Source: Octopus sinensis
Taxonomy: Eukaryota
NCBI RefSeq assembly: GCF_006345805.1
Contig: NC_043001.1
Coordinates: 88,970,001 to 89,034,000 of the forward strand
Reading direction: 5' to 3'
Length of the DNA: 64,000 bases
The position numbers and the translations under genes are program-made. How positions within the stretch are numbered: position 1 is the stretch's first letter; each line of letters opens with the position of its first letter. Under the pieces are notes generated by a model. That model was not told the origin of the DNA. It saw only the letters and a program-made list of their open reading frames with translations, and ran no database searches. Below are positions 52,684 through 64,000 of the stretch, piece after piece.

Positions 52684-53179
52684 TGTTATCATGTACATTG
52701 TTTTGTCTTGGTATAAAAGATGGGCTACAGCAAATATTCTGCTCAATATCACAGATTTGCTTGTCAGTTGTTTGACCTTAACCATTTGAGCATGTCCCTT
52801 AGTGGCTGACAATATGTGCATCTCTGATCACGAGCAGAAGTAGTGGGGGAGCATCATAGCCATGTGTTGAGAGGGATTCTTTGGGGTTTGAATAATTCAC
52901 CTCTGGAAACATGGGTGGTTCTTTCAACATCCTTAAACAACCCTTATTCAAGGACCTTTTGAGCGGGATGGGTTACTCGACCAGAAGAAAATTCTAACTG
53001 GGCCCCACCTGCAAGGTCATGTGCTGTTTATCTTGATATGAGATCACCATGTCGTGCACATATGGTTGTGATGCATGTGCCTGGTGTACCCTTATCAGAC
53101 GGGTAGTCATGACGGGTATACTGGGCTTTGTATATTTTACCCCAGTGTCACTTTGATGGCATGCACTGCTCTCTCACTC
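52684..53179 (+). mobile_element. (AAT)n-flanked element, copy 2 (5'-truncated)
   Basis: Colinear with copy 1 from gttatcatgtacattg to ctctcactc(AAT)n. Confidence 0.85.
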
Positions 53180-53746
53180 AATAATGATAATAATAATAAT
53201 AATACTAAACTCCCTGATGTAATACCAGTCGGTGCTCCAGCATAGCCACAGTCAAATGACTGAAACAAGTAAAAGATTAAAAGAATTATTATTATTATTA
53301 TTATTATTATATTATTATTATTATTATTATTATTATTGTTATTATTATTATTATTCATAAACATTAGATGGACAAGATACCAAGTAGCATTCATCTGTCT
53401 CTACAAGATTGACATTGCCATTCATTAATGGAGGGGAAGGTGTCAATGAAATAAGTACCAGTTGAATACTGGGGTTGATGTAATCAACAAACACTCTTCT
53501 CCAAAATTTCAAGTTTTGTATCTATAGTAAAAAGGATTATTACTATTATAATTATGTCCTGAGTTCAAATTCTGCCAAGGTCAACTTTGTCTTTCATACA
53601 TTTGGGGTCAATAACATAAGTAACAGTTGAGTGCTGGAGGTCGATGTAATTGACTAACCTCCTCCCACCAAATTTCAGGCTTTGCGCCTATAATAGAATG
53701 GATTATCATTATTATTATTATGATTATTATTATTATTATTATTATT

Positions 53747-54054
53747 GAGTGAGAGAGCAGTGTGCGCGACATGGTGATCTTATATCAAGATAAACAGCAC
53801 ATGACCTTGCAGGTGGGGCCCAGTTAGAATTTTCTTCTGGTCAAGTAACCCATCCCACTCAAAAGGTCCCTGAATAAGGTTTGTTTAAGGATGATGAACA
53901 AAACATCCATATTTCCAAAGGTGAATTATCCAAACCCCAAAGAATTCCTCTCAACATATGGCTATGATGCTCCCCCACTACTTCTACTTGTGATCAGAGA
54001 TGCACATATTGTCAGAGACTAAAAGACATGCTTAACTGGTTGAGGTCAAGCAAA

Positions 54055-54056
<2 letters not shown>
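53747..54056 (-). mobile_element. (AAT)n-flanked element, copy 3 (internal deletion, truncated, more diverged)
   Basis: (ATT)n-gagtgagagagcag|tgtgcgcgac...; other end abuts (CAT)n(ATT)n. Confidence 0.8.
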
Positions 54057-54149
<93 letters not shown>

Positions 54150-54399
54150 AAGGGGACAAGCTGGCAAAATCATTAAAGCAGTAGAAAATTGCTCTGAAGT
54201 ATTTGTTCCAGCCTTTTATATGTTCTGAGTTCAAATCCTGCTGAAGTCAACTTTGCTTTTAATTCTTTTCAGAGTTGATAAAATAAGGCACTAGTCAATT
54301 ACTGTAGATGGTCTGATTGACTTCTCCCCTCTCCTAAGACTTTTTAGCCTTGTACCAAAGTTAAAAACAATTATTATTATCATTATTATTATTATTATT

Positions 54400-54942
54400 G
54401 AGTGAGAGAGCAGTGCATGCCATCAAAGTGGCACTGGGGTAAAATATACGAAGCCCAATATACCCATCATGACTACCCGTCTGATAAGGGTACACCAGGC
54501 ACATGCATCACAACCATATGTGCATGACATGGTGATCTCATATCAAGATAAACAGCACATGACCTTGCAGGTGGGGCCCAGTTAGAATTTTCTTCAGGTT
54601 GAGTAGCCCATCCCGCTCAAAAGGTCCCTGAATAAGGGTTGTTTAAGGATGTTGAAAGAACCACCCATGTTTCCAGAGGTGAATTATTCAAACCCCAAAG
54701 AATCCCTCTCAACACATGGCTATGATGCTCCCCCACTACTTCTGCTTGTGATCAGAGATGCACATATCGTCAGCCACTAAGGGACATGCTCAACTGGTTA
54801 AGGTCAAACAACTGACAAGCAAATCTGTGGTATTGAGCAGAATATTTGCTGTAGCCCATCTTTTATACCAAGACAAAACAATGTACATGATAACACTTCC
54901 AATCAGTTAAGATCAGAAGCCATGAGAGCCACTGCCTGGTAC

Positions 54943-54943
<1 letters not shown>
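54400..54943 (-). mobile_element. (AAT)n-flanked element, copy 4
   Basis: Reverse complement of copy 1 up to cctggtact, then (ATT)n. Confidence 0.88.
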
Positions 54944-54976
<33 letters not shown>

Positions 54977-55145
54977 TTTAGGAGTGGCTGTGTGGTAAGT
55001 CGCTTGCTTACCAACCACATGGTTCAGGGTTCAGTCCCACTGCATGGCACCTCAGGCAAATGTCTTCTACTATAGCCTCAGGCCGACCAAAGCCTTGTGA
55101 GTGGATTTGGTAGACAGAAACTGAAAGAAGCCCATCGTATATATG

Positions 55146-55178
<33 letters not shown>

Positions 55179-55780
55179 GTGTTTGTGTGTCTGTGTTTGT
55201 TTGTCCCCCAACATCGCTTGACAAGCAATGCTGGTGTGTTTACGTCTCCGTAACTTAGTGGTTCAGCAAAAGAGACTGATAGAATAAGTACTAGGCTTAC
55301 AAAGAATAAGTCCTGGGGTCGATTTGCTCGGCTAAAGGAGGTGCTCCAGCATGGCCGCAGTCAAATGACTGAAAATTATTATCATTGTGCCGGGCAAAAT
55401 GCTTAGCAGCATTTCATCTGTCTTTATATTCTGGGTTCCGATTCCACCGAGGTCAACTTTGCCTTTCATCCTTTCAAGGTCAATAAAATAAGTACCGGCT
55501 GAGAACTGGGATTCAATGTAATCAACTTAACCCCTTCCCAGAATTGCTGACCTTGTGTCAAAATTTGAAACCCTTGTTGTTGTTGTTGTTGCTGTTATTG
55601 GGATGAGGAGGAGGAGGAAGAGGAATGTAGTGGATTGCTTCAAGTGCTTTTGCCATTCATTCTCTTGAGATCAATAAAATATCTGTTAGTCAAGTACTGA
55701 GATCAATATAAATTTCTATACACCTTACACCCAATTTCTAACTCTGTACAAATGTTGGAAACTATTGCTATTACTATTAC

Positions 55781-55847
<67 letters not shown>

Positions 55848-56745
55848 CTTTGTGCATAAAAGAAAGCAGGGTATTGTAATCACTTGTCTTTGTCTATTTG
55901 TCTGTATGTTTACAAAATTACTGGACAGGAGATGAATGGATTTTCACCAAATTTGGCAGAAATACTCATTAGGTGAGTGGCTTGAAATGATGAAAATTTG
56001 GTTTGATTATCTTCAAACATACATAAATACATACTTAGATATGCGACTGTGTGCGCATGTGTGTGTGTGCATGCATGTGGGTGTGTGTGTGTGTGTGTGT
56101 GTCTGTGTCTGTGTTCAATGACGGATTTGAGGGTTTCATTTATTTATGAGTTGATTTCTTAATTTCACCAGAGTATAAATACATATATAATGATGACACT
56201 AATAAAAATGAAAAATTTTTTTAAATCGAACTTACAAATTTCCTGATAAGCAAGTGGTTATATTATTTATATCCTACAGTGAACTACAGTATATTTGATT
56301 CACCTGCCATCATTAAAATATATTGAAAAATTTTCTTTAAGCATTTTATTTTGTTAATTTTCTTTTTCATAATCATGTTTATTCATAATCGTGATCATTA
56401 TTTGAATATCATTTATTTAGTAACATGTAAATTTTACTCATATGCAAATTGTATGTTGAACTTTCCAAAACAACCTTTGATTTTCTTTGTCAACTCGTAT
56501 TTTAGCATTTCACTGTAAAACTATTGGAATAGAAAGTTATTTTTTTTTAAGATGCATGATTCTTCAGTGAAAAATTGAAGATGAATCTTCATTTTATGTT
56601 ATTTTTTCTTAATTTTTATTCCAAACACCCTAAAATCACATTCAAGTTTCTTTGACAACTTGTATTTTAACATTTTTGCGAAAATAAGTTACAAAAATTT
56701 ATCTGCATGCAGGGTATGCATCGCCCTTCCAATGCCTTTCTTTTC

Positions 56746-56776
<31 letters not shown>

Positions 56777-56781
56777 TTATT

Positions 56782-57325
56782 GAGTGAGCGAGCAGAGCAT
56801 GCCATCAAAGTGACACTGGGGTAAAATATACGAAGCCCAGTATACCCATCATGACTACCTGTCTGATAAGGGTACACCAGGCACATGCATCACAACCATA
56901 TGTGCGCGACATGGTGATCTCATATCAAGATAAACAGCACATGACCTTGCAGGTGGAGCCCAGTTAGAGTTTTCTTCAGATCGAGTAACCCATCCCACTC
57001 AAAAGGTCCCTGAATAAGGGTTGTTTAAGGACGTTGAACGAAACACCCATGTTTCCAGAGGTGAATTATTCAAACCCCAAAGAATCCCTCTCAACACATG
57101 GCTATGATGCTCCCCCACTACTTCTGCTTGTGATCAGAGATGCACATATCGTCAGCCACTAAGGGACATGCTCAACTGGTTAAAGTCAAACAACTGACAA
57201 GCAAATCTGTGGTATTGAGCAGAATATTTGCTGTAGCCCATCTTTTATACCAAGACAAAACAATGTACATGATAACACTTCCAATCAGTTAAGATCAGAA
57301 GCCATGAGAGCCACTGCCTGGTACT
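56782..57325 (-). mobile_element. (AAT)n-flanked element, copy 5
   Basis: Same ends as copy 4; joined by ~20 bp of (ATT)n to a REL-LINE tail. Confidence 0.88.
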
Positions 57326-57345
57326 ATTATTATTATTATTATTAT

Positions 57346-57890
57346 ATGTTTGACTTTTGCTTTACATTTGTACAAGTTGGCTCCAAGTCTCACCCAGAGA
57401 CCTCAAGAGACAACAAGTTGGAAGTTCATGTTGGTGTTATGCCTAGGGAGCCATATATTTGGTTTTGTACATAGTGTTGTTCAAGAGAATGTTTAAGAAA
57501 CCATAAGAAAATTGTTTGTTTTAAATCTTGAGATTACATAGAAAGTATTTTGTGTAGGATATGAGCATTTCTCATGAGCACTATCTTTTGAATTTCTGCC
57601 ATTTTTGAGTTTCCTGGTATCTGAGCTAGGTAGCAATCAGCCCCTTTTGCTATCATTCCCAGGGCGCCTATGACAACAGGTATTGTTTTAGTCTTCAGGT
57701 TCCACATTTTGCTAATTTCTATTTCAAGATCTTTATATTTGCTCAGTTTTTGGTAGATCTTGACAGATACGTTTATATCGATTGGGACAGTTGTATCAAT
57801 GAGGAGGCATGTTTTTTGTCTGAAGTCTTTCAATATGATGTCTGACCTATTCACATCTATTTTTCTGTCAGTTTGAATGGTGAAGTTCCA
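57346..57890 (-). mobile_element. 5'-truncated REL-endonuclease non-LTR retrotransposon (R4/HERO-like) with 3' UTR and (AAT)n tail
   Basis: WNFTIQTDRKIDVNRSDIILKD...CLLID...KYKDLEIEISKMW...IPVVIGALG...IQKIVL...HILHKILSM* (PD-D/ExK type; PD changed to SD). Confidence 0.85.
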
Positions 57891-59734
57891 TTAGTATTAT
57901 TATTATAATTAATATTAGGATGGTGCACAGGCAGAATAGAAAAATATGCTTCATAGTATTTCATTTGTTTCTTTACATTCTGACATTAAATCCCACCAAG
58001 GACAACTTTGCTTTTCATCCTTTCGATAAAATAATGTACTTGTCTAAATATTGGGATCAACAGTTTATTTCCTCCCCTATAAATTGCTGCCCTTGTTTTC
58101 TCAGAAATTATTATTAGGATGGTGAAGTAGTTGAGGGATGGAATTTCTCAAACACATCAATTTGAACTTGGACAAATGTCTGTAAGCCAACATCCAGATA
58201 GCACTTAGACAGATCATGCTTCATTAGGTCATCTGATAGGGCTAGTCTGATTGTGCAAGTTGTTTTCAATAGTAGTTGGCTACACAGACCACAAATTCAT
58301 ATGTACAATCAACTTAGATAAGATTACTAAACAGGGTCCAGGAAATTTAATGCATCATTCCCAGAAGAGAAAGATTTCAGGGATCAGTTAAGTAAACCAA
58401 TCAAGCTTTCAAGGATCGTATTAATGAATCAGTTGTTTAGTCAGATATGTACAGACTTAGAAACCCCCACCAAATCTAGCCATAACATCTTCCAACCTAT
58501 GCAACACATTACAGAGTAGGTTGGCACTAGATCGGGTTTCAGTAGGGTTCTTTTCAATTTGGACTGGTAGTTTTTAAACTAGATGGTAGTGTCCTCTTGA
58601 GAGCATTGTCAAATCACAAGAGAACACAATGAAGCATCTGGTGCTTAGAGATGTGGCTTTTCTGAGAAATAAAATATTTAAACTAGGTACAATATCTGTG
58701 TTTTAAACAGATTTTCAAAAGAATTTTTGTCAGGATTCAAATCTGAGTAGGACATTGTGTTATCAGAGAGTAAAGACAGCATAATGATTCACTAAAGTCT
58801 GATGTTCCAATAATTTGCTTCTTTTACTCCTAAATTGGTAAATATAACTTTTACAAATGAACATTATACATTGGTTTCAAATTTTTGCATAAGGCCAGAA
58901 AGCTCAGGAGAGTGAGGTGCTAGTCAATTACATTGACCCCAGTGTTTAACTAGTACTTACTTTATCGATCCCAAAAGGATGAAAGGCAAAGCCGACCATG
59001 GCTAAATTTGAACTCAGAACATAAAGAAGTGTGAAATGCTTCTAAGCATTTAGCCCAGTGCAGTAACAATTCTGCTAGCTCACTGCCTTACAAATGAAGA
59101 TTATATATTCTTTTCTGCTCTAGGCACAAGGCTCGAAATTTTTTGGGGAGAGGCCAGTCAATTACATCAACCCCAACTGATACTTACTTTATCGACCCTG
59201 AAAGGATGAAAGGCAAAGTTGCCCTCAGCAGAATTTGAACTCAGAACATAAAGGAGGGTGAAATGCTTTTAAGCATTTAGCCAAAGTGCAGTAATGATTC
59301 TACCAGCTCACTGCCTTACAAAGGAAGATTATATATTAAAGCAAAGGAAATTATTCTTTGTTTTATGGCTTCAACCTATATTTTCAGATCTTTTATAAAT
59401 ACTATTTTTACATATGATATCCTTGTATTTACTACCAATATTTACCACCACCACCATCCACATCATTATTTAACATCTGTTTTCCATGCTGACATGGGTT
59501 GGATGGCTTAGCAAGAGCTGGCAAACCAGAGGACTGTACCAAGCTCTACTATCTGCTTTGGCATGGTTTCTACTGTTCAATGCCTTTCCTAATGCCAACC
59601 ACTTTACAGAGTGTACTGGAGGCTTTTTTTCATGGCTCCAGCAACAATGAGGTCATCAAGTAATTAACAAAACAAAATTCCTTAACTGAGAAACAATATT
59701 TATCCCCTGCATCGGTGATTGTTACCTGCATCGC

Positions 59735-60065
59735 CTTACTGGCACTTGTGCTGGTGGCACATGAAAAACATTCAAGCAAGATCGTTGCCAGTGCCGCTGG
59801 ACTGGCTCCTGTACAGGTGGCACATAAAAAGCACCATTTGAGTGTGGCCGTTGCCAGTACCGTCTGACTGGCCCTCGTGCCGGTGGTACGTAAAAGCACC
59901 CACTACACTCTTGGAGTGGTTGGCATTAGGAAGGGCATCCAGCTGAAGAAACTCTGCCAAATCAGATTGGAGCCTGGTGCAACCATCTGGTTTGCTAGTC
60001 CTCAGTCAAATCGTCCAACCCATGCTAGCATGAAAAGCGGACGTTAAACAATGATGATGATGATG
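59735..60065 (+). mobile_element. Family C SINE with three 5' tandem nodes
   Basis: ggtggcac at 59753, 59816 and 59882; (GAT)n tail. Confidence 0.85.
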
Positions 60066-60076
60066 ACTCAAACATG

Positions 60077-60264
60077 GATGTTCTATTAGAACAAACCATA
60101 CTGCAGTAGTTACAAGAGAAACTCTCATAATGGCTGTTTTGTGCAAAATGCACTCTTGTTTATATCACTTGTAATATAAACAAGAGTGCATTTTGCAACC
60201 AAAGCCTATATGAAAGTACCTCTCATGGTAACTACAGCAGTATAGTCTGTTCTAATAGAACATC
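60077..60264. repeat. 188-bp fold-back palindrome
   Basis: Outer arms gatgttctattagaac...gtagttac and inner 24-bp perfect stem tgcaaaatgcactcttgtttatat / atataaacaagagtgcattttgca. Confidence 0.88.
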
Positions 60265-61276
60265 TGTGTTTTAGTGGGGATAAATATTACCTTTCAGTTA
60301 TTCATACTGCCTCTGTTGCTAATATATATTCCCTCAACTAAGAGTTCGGAGTAGAATGAATTGAGGGGGATAGAATTGTACTAGATGGTAAAAGGTTAAA
60401 GTATGACAGAGAGATAGAAACTACTGCAGAGGAGAAATATGGCTGATTATTTTCAGAACAATAATTTTTATCATTTTCTGAAATGTGTAAATGAATAATC
60501 AAAAAACACTTAATGATATTCGATTGATTTTTTAATTTTTTGTGAAATATGGTGCCATTTCCATGCACTTGTAGTGAATTGGGGTTATCCATTTTTGATG
60601 GTAACACTATATGACACACTATAATTTAGTCGATATGGGAAAGAAGGAAGTCACAGTATCTGCTGATAACAACAAGAGGATAGAATTCACGAGAAGCTTG
60701 TAATAAGTCATAACTTTTATTGCTGGAGGTAATGCTTTCATATACAAGGTTAATAGAAACAAGCTTATAACATTACATGAATATGTTCTGTTTGCAGTCA
60801 CATGTCTCCAAGTAAGGAAGGTGAACAAGTGCGTGAGTGGGCGTGAAGTGCAGTGGCTCAATCCATTACGTGTTGAAGAACCAACAGGTACTGAATGGTG
60901 CAAATTTAGAATTTCTTTCCTTTATATAGGGATGGACCAGAAGTCCCTGTCTTCCATGTAAAACTGGAAACTTCCAGGAAGATCTCAAACATTCTAAAAG
61001 CTTGAGGGAGATTATTCTCGTTATATCCCTTTTCCATTTTACTTGTCATCATAACTGCCAGGGGTCACTACACATTATCAAAATAATTAACAATTACCTA
61101 AATATTGGAGAGATCCAGCCTCTGTCTTTAACTCTCTCTACTGAGTGTTTTCTCTATTGAGAATGTCAGGATTTCACCTGTTGACTCTAATTTATCTGCT
61201 AAACCACTTTTACGGTGGTGCCCTTGCATGGCTGCAGTCCAATGAGTGAAGCAAATAAAAGATAAAGATAGGTGCA

Positions 61277-61675
61277 GGAGTGGCTGTGTGGTAAGTAGCT
61301 TGCTAACCAACCACATGGTTCCGGGTTCAGTCCCACTGCGTGGCATCTTGGGCAAGTGTCTTCTGCTATAACCCCGGGCCGACCAATGCCTTGTGAGTGG
61401 ATTTGGTAGACGGAAACTGAACGAAGCCTGTTGTATATGTGTGTGTGTGTGTGTGTTTGTGTGTTTGTGTTTTTCCCCCTAGCATTGCTTGACAACCGAT
61501 GCTGGTGTGTTTACATCCCCGTCACTTAGCGGTTTGGCAAAAGAGACCGATAGAATAAGTACTGGGCTTACAAAGAATAAGTCCCGGGGTTGATTTGCTC
61601 GACTAAAGGTGGTGCTCCAGCATGGCCGCAGTCAACTGACTGAAACAAGTAAAAGAGTAAAAGAGTATAAAAGAA
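61277..61675 (+). mobile_element. tRNA/CORE-like SINE, family A, best-preserved copy
   Basis: A-box-like tggctgtgtggtaag, B-box-like ggttcagtccc, CORE-like cttgggcaagtgtcttct, internal (TG)n, tail ending gactgaaacaagtaaaaga. Confidence 0.9.
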
Positions 61676-62353
61676 TTAAAACACTAATTGAAAAAACACG
61701 AACCAATAGTCAACAAAGGGGTTAGTGCATATCTGTGTCATGGGTTCAATTCCTGAACAGGGTAGTATATTGCGTCCTTGAGCAAGACACATAATCTCAC
61801 ATTGCTCTAGTGAAGTCAGCTGAAAATGAGTATCAGCCAAGTGTAAAAGAATACACATACACATATGTAAAAATATGTATATTTGTGTGTGTGTGTGTGT
61901 TTGCATGAGTGTGTGTGCGCACATGTGTGTGTGTGTATGTGTATACATGCATCTGCAACAAATGCCAACTCTTTTGTACTTTGTCGCAAGAAACAATGAT
62001 GAAAGTATGCATAGCTTTCATCCTCTCTCTTTATTTTACTCACTCACTGTTCCTCTCCAACAACAGATGCTACAATATTTTTTACCTGCCCCCTCCTCTC
62101 TCTCTCTTCCATCTACCTTTCATACTCGTTTCTTTCATTGCCAAACACTCTATTTTTTCATTGCCAAAATCTCTATTTTTTCTCTTCTCCCTCACCTAGA
62201 ATGTCTTTTATGTCTGCTGTCTTCTCTCTTCTTTGTTTGTATGACACCTCTCCCTAACAGAAGCCCACACTGTCTACTAACTCACTCTTCAAACTCACCA
62301 TTTTGACACTTCCTCTCTCTATCTTTCTATTTGAAAACATATACAGCATTTGC

Positions 62354-62397
<44 letters not shown>

Positions 62398-63319
62398 TTG
62401 TTTGTGTATATGTGTCCCTCTATTGCTTCTCACAGGCATGACAGAATATGTGAAGATGAAACTAGTTTACAACACTCACCTCTTCCTTTTACTCGCTTTC
62501 CATTTCTCTCCCCACTCTCTATTTTACTCACTATGTCACCTCCAACTTCAACTGTCATTCCTAAACTGTGACAGAAACCAATAAAAAAAAAACCACAAAG
62601 CACATAATTTGGTCTTTTATATGGAGCGTATAGGATGGTAGATGGCAAGAATGCTGAACTAAATGCCTAGCAATTTTTAGTTACATCCTTTTATGTTTTG
62701 TATTCAATTATTGCTATTATTTAACTTTAACTTACATCTATTTGAAATTGAGAAAATAAATTTCGGTAAAATACTGGTTTGATATAATTATCTTACTCAA
62801 AATTTCAAGCTTTAAACATAATTATCATCATCATCTTTCAATACCCATCTTCTATGCTAGCATGAGTTGGATGGTTTGACAGCATCCAATAGGTCTGAGA
62901 TCCTAGGTTGACTTTGCCTTTAATTCTTTCAGGGTCAATAAAATAAGTACCAGTTGAAACTATTATTATAGAAACTATTATTATTGTAATGATATAGCTT
63001 TGCCTCTCTTTCTTCTGGGGTTGGTAAAATATGTACCAGTTGTATATTAAGTTCCTTTAAATTGACTATACACCTTCAGAGCCATTTGGTTTGGCTGTAA
63101 TAAGACTGAATGGCAATTTAATAGCCTCACAGTATATTCATACTTTTACTTTTATTTATCAAATATATTTTTTACAGTTCCGAGCGTCATAAAACATGTT
63201 TAGCTAAATACTTTTTGTCTCATCGTTTCAGTATAACTATCACATGAGTAAGGTGAAAGAGGAAATTGAAGCATGATATTTGTGCATTCCCACAAGCATT
63301 TATGATATTTAAAAAAAAG

Positions 63320-63930
63320 TCCAGTGAATGGTCTGTACTTGAAAGTTATAGATGGCCAAGATAAGCTGGTACTGAACAGTGATACAAGGATTCTGTGATT
63401 GTTCCACTGTCACTGATTTTGCTATGGCCATGGCTGGTTTTAAGTCAATTAGGCAGATTTGTTTAAATTGGGCCCTATGTCAAGAGAGGGCTCCACACAC
63501 ATGCTCAAGCGGAAGACCCTTTGGTGAATTTTTAATATACCATTGTGGCTAGTGGTGAAGCCTCAAGTCCTCAACACTTTTTGCAGGAACTGGTGTACTA
63601 CACGAAGCATAAAACATCTATCTTCAGCTTTTGTAGAGTAGAGAGCCCTACTGACAATTCTCTAATTGAGCCCTGCACTCCCTAGCACCAGCCCTGTCCA
63701 TGACCAAGATACTTAATTCCCCATAGCCCAGTCCACCTAGCTGTAAAGAGTTTCCACAATGTTCTGTACTTCACTGTACTCTATTCATGGCCAAGATACT
63801 TTCAATACTCTAGTCTACCTCAGCACTTCAGATAATCAGTAATACAGTGTGTATTACATTTCATGCTTCCTGAAATTCAGCAACACTACTCCTCTTTATA
63901 GCTCCTCAATGTTCACTTTTCTGTCTTCTT
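63320..63930 (+). mobile_element. Degenerate CR1/L2-like LINE 3' region
   Basis: Ends with catgcttcctgaaattcagca block shared with the 31010 remnant. Confidence 0.4.
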
Positions 63931-64000
63931 GTGTTTTATCCTTGTACTGTGTATGCACTTTTATATTCAATTGCTATCTTCCTTTACTTGACTTATTGCC

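Noticed and set aside
60338-60903. Two abutting minus-strand ORFs of 93-94 aa
   Set aside because: No recognisable domain or convincing splice structure; length compatible with chance.
61277-61345. tRNA gene (also other A/B-box heads)
   Set aside because: No complete cloverleaf; runs straight into SINE body, so it is a tRNA-derived SINE head.
63178-63247. Plus-strand exon between ttttacag and gtaagg
   Set aside because: All three frames contain a stop, and no homology was recognised.

Overview
AT-rich, microsatellite-dense animal DNA. The SINE families and repeat style suggest an octopus or other coleoid cephalopod (inference, no database search). Only one cellular protein-coding sequence is clearly supported: an uninterrupted mitochondrial pyruvate dehydrogenase phosphatase (PP2C family, PDP1/2-like) at 28201-29772 (+). 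It sits in a CpG-richer region that may also start a divergent minus-strand gene. The rest is layered transposon debris: several SINE families, Tc1/mariner elements and MITEs, a hAT MITE, non-autonomous Helitrons, two solo LTRs with exact 4-bp TSDs plus one LTR with a PBS, RTE/CR1/REL-type LINE remnants and Penelope-like (PLE) remnants carrying hammerhead-like motifs. The most unusual items are (i) five copies of an unclassified ~555-bp element bracketed by (AAT)n tracts within 5.3 kb, abutting a REL-endonuclease LINE tail; (ii) a fold-back PLE end with a near-canonical hammerhead core; (iii) two PLE derivatives sharing the same 5' breakpoint. Most ORFs in the supplied track are microsatellite or SINE artefacts. 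Family assignments come from motif recognition by eye, and boundaries of degenerate repeats are approximate.
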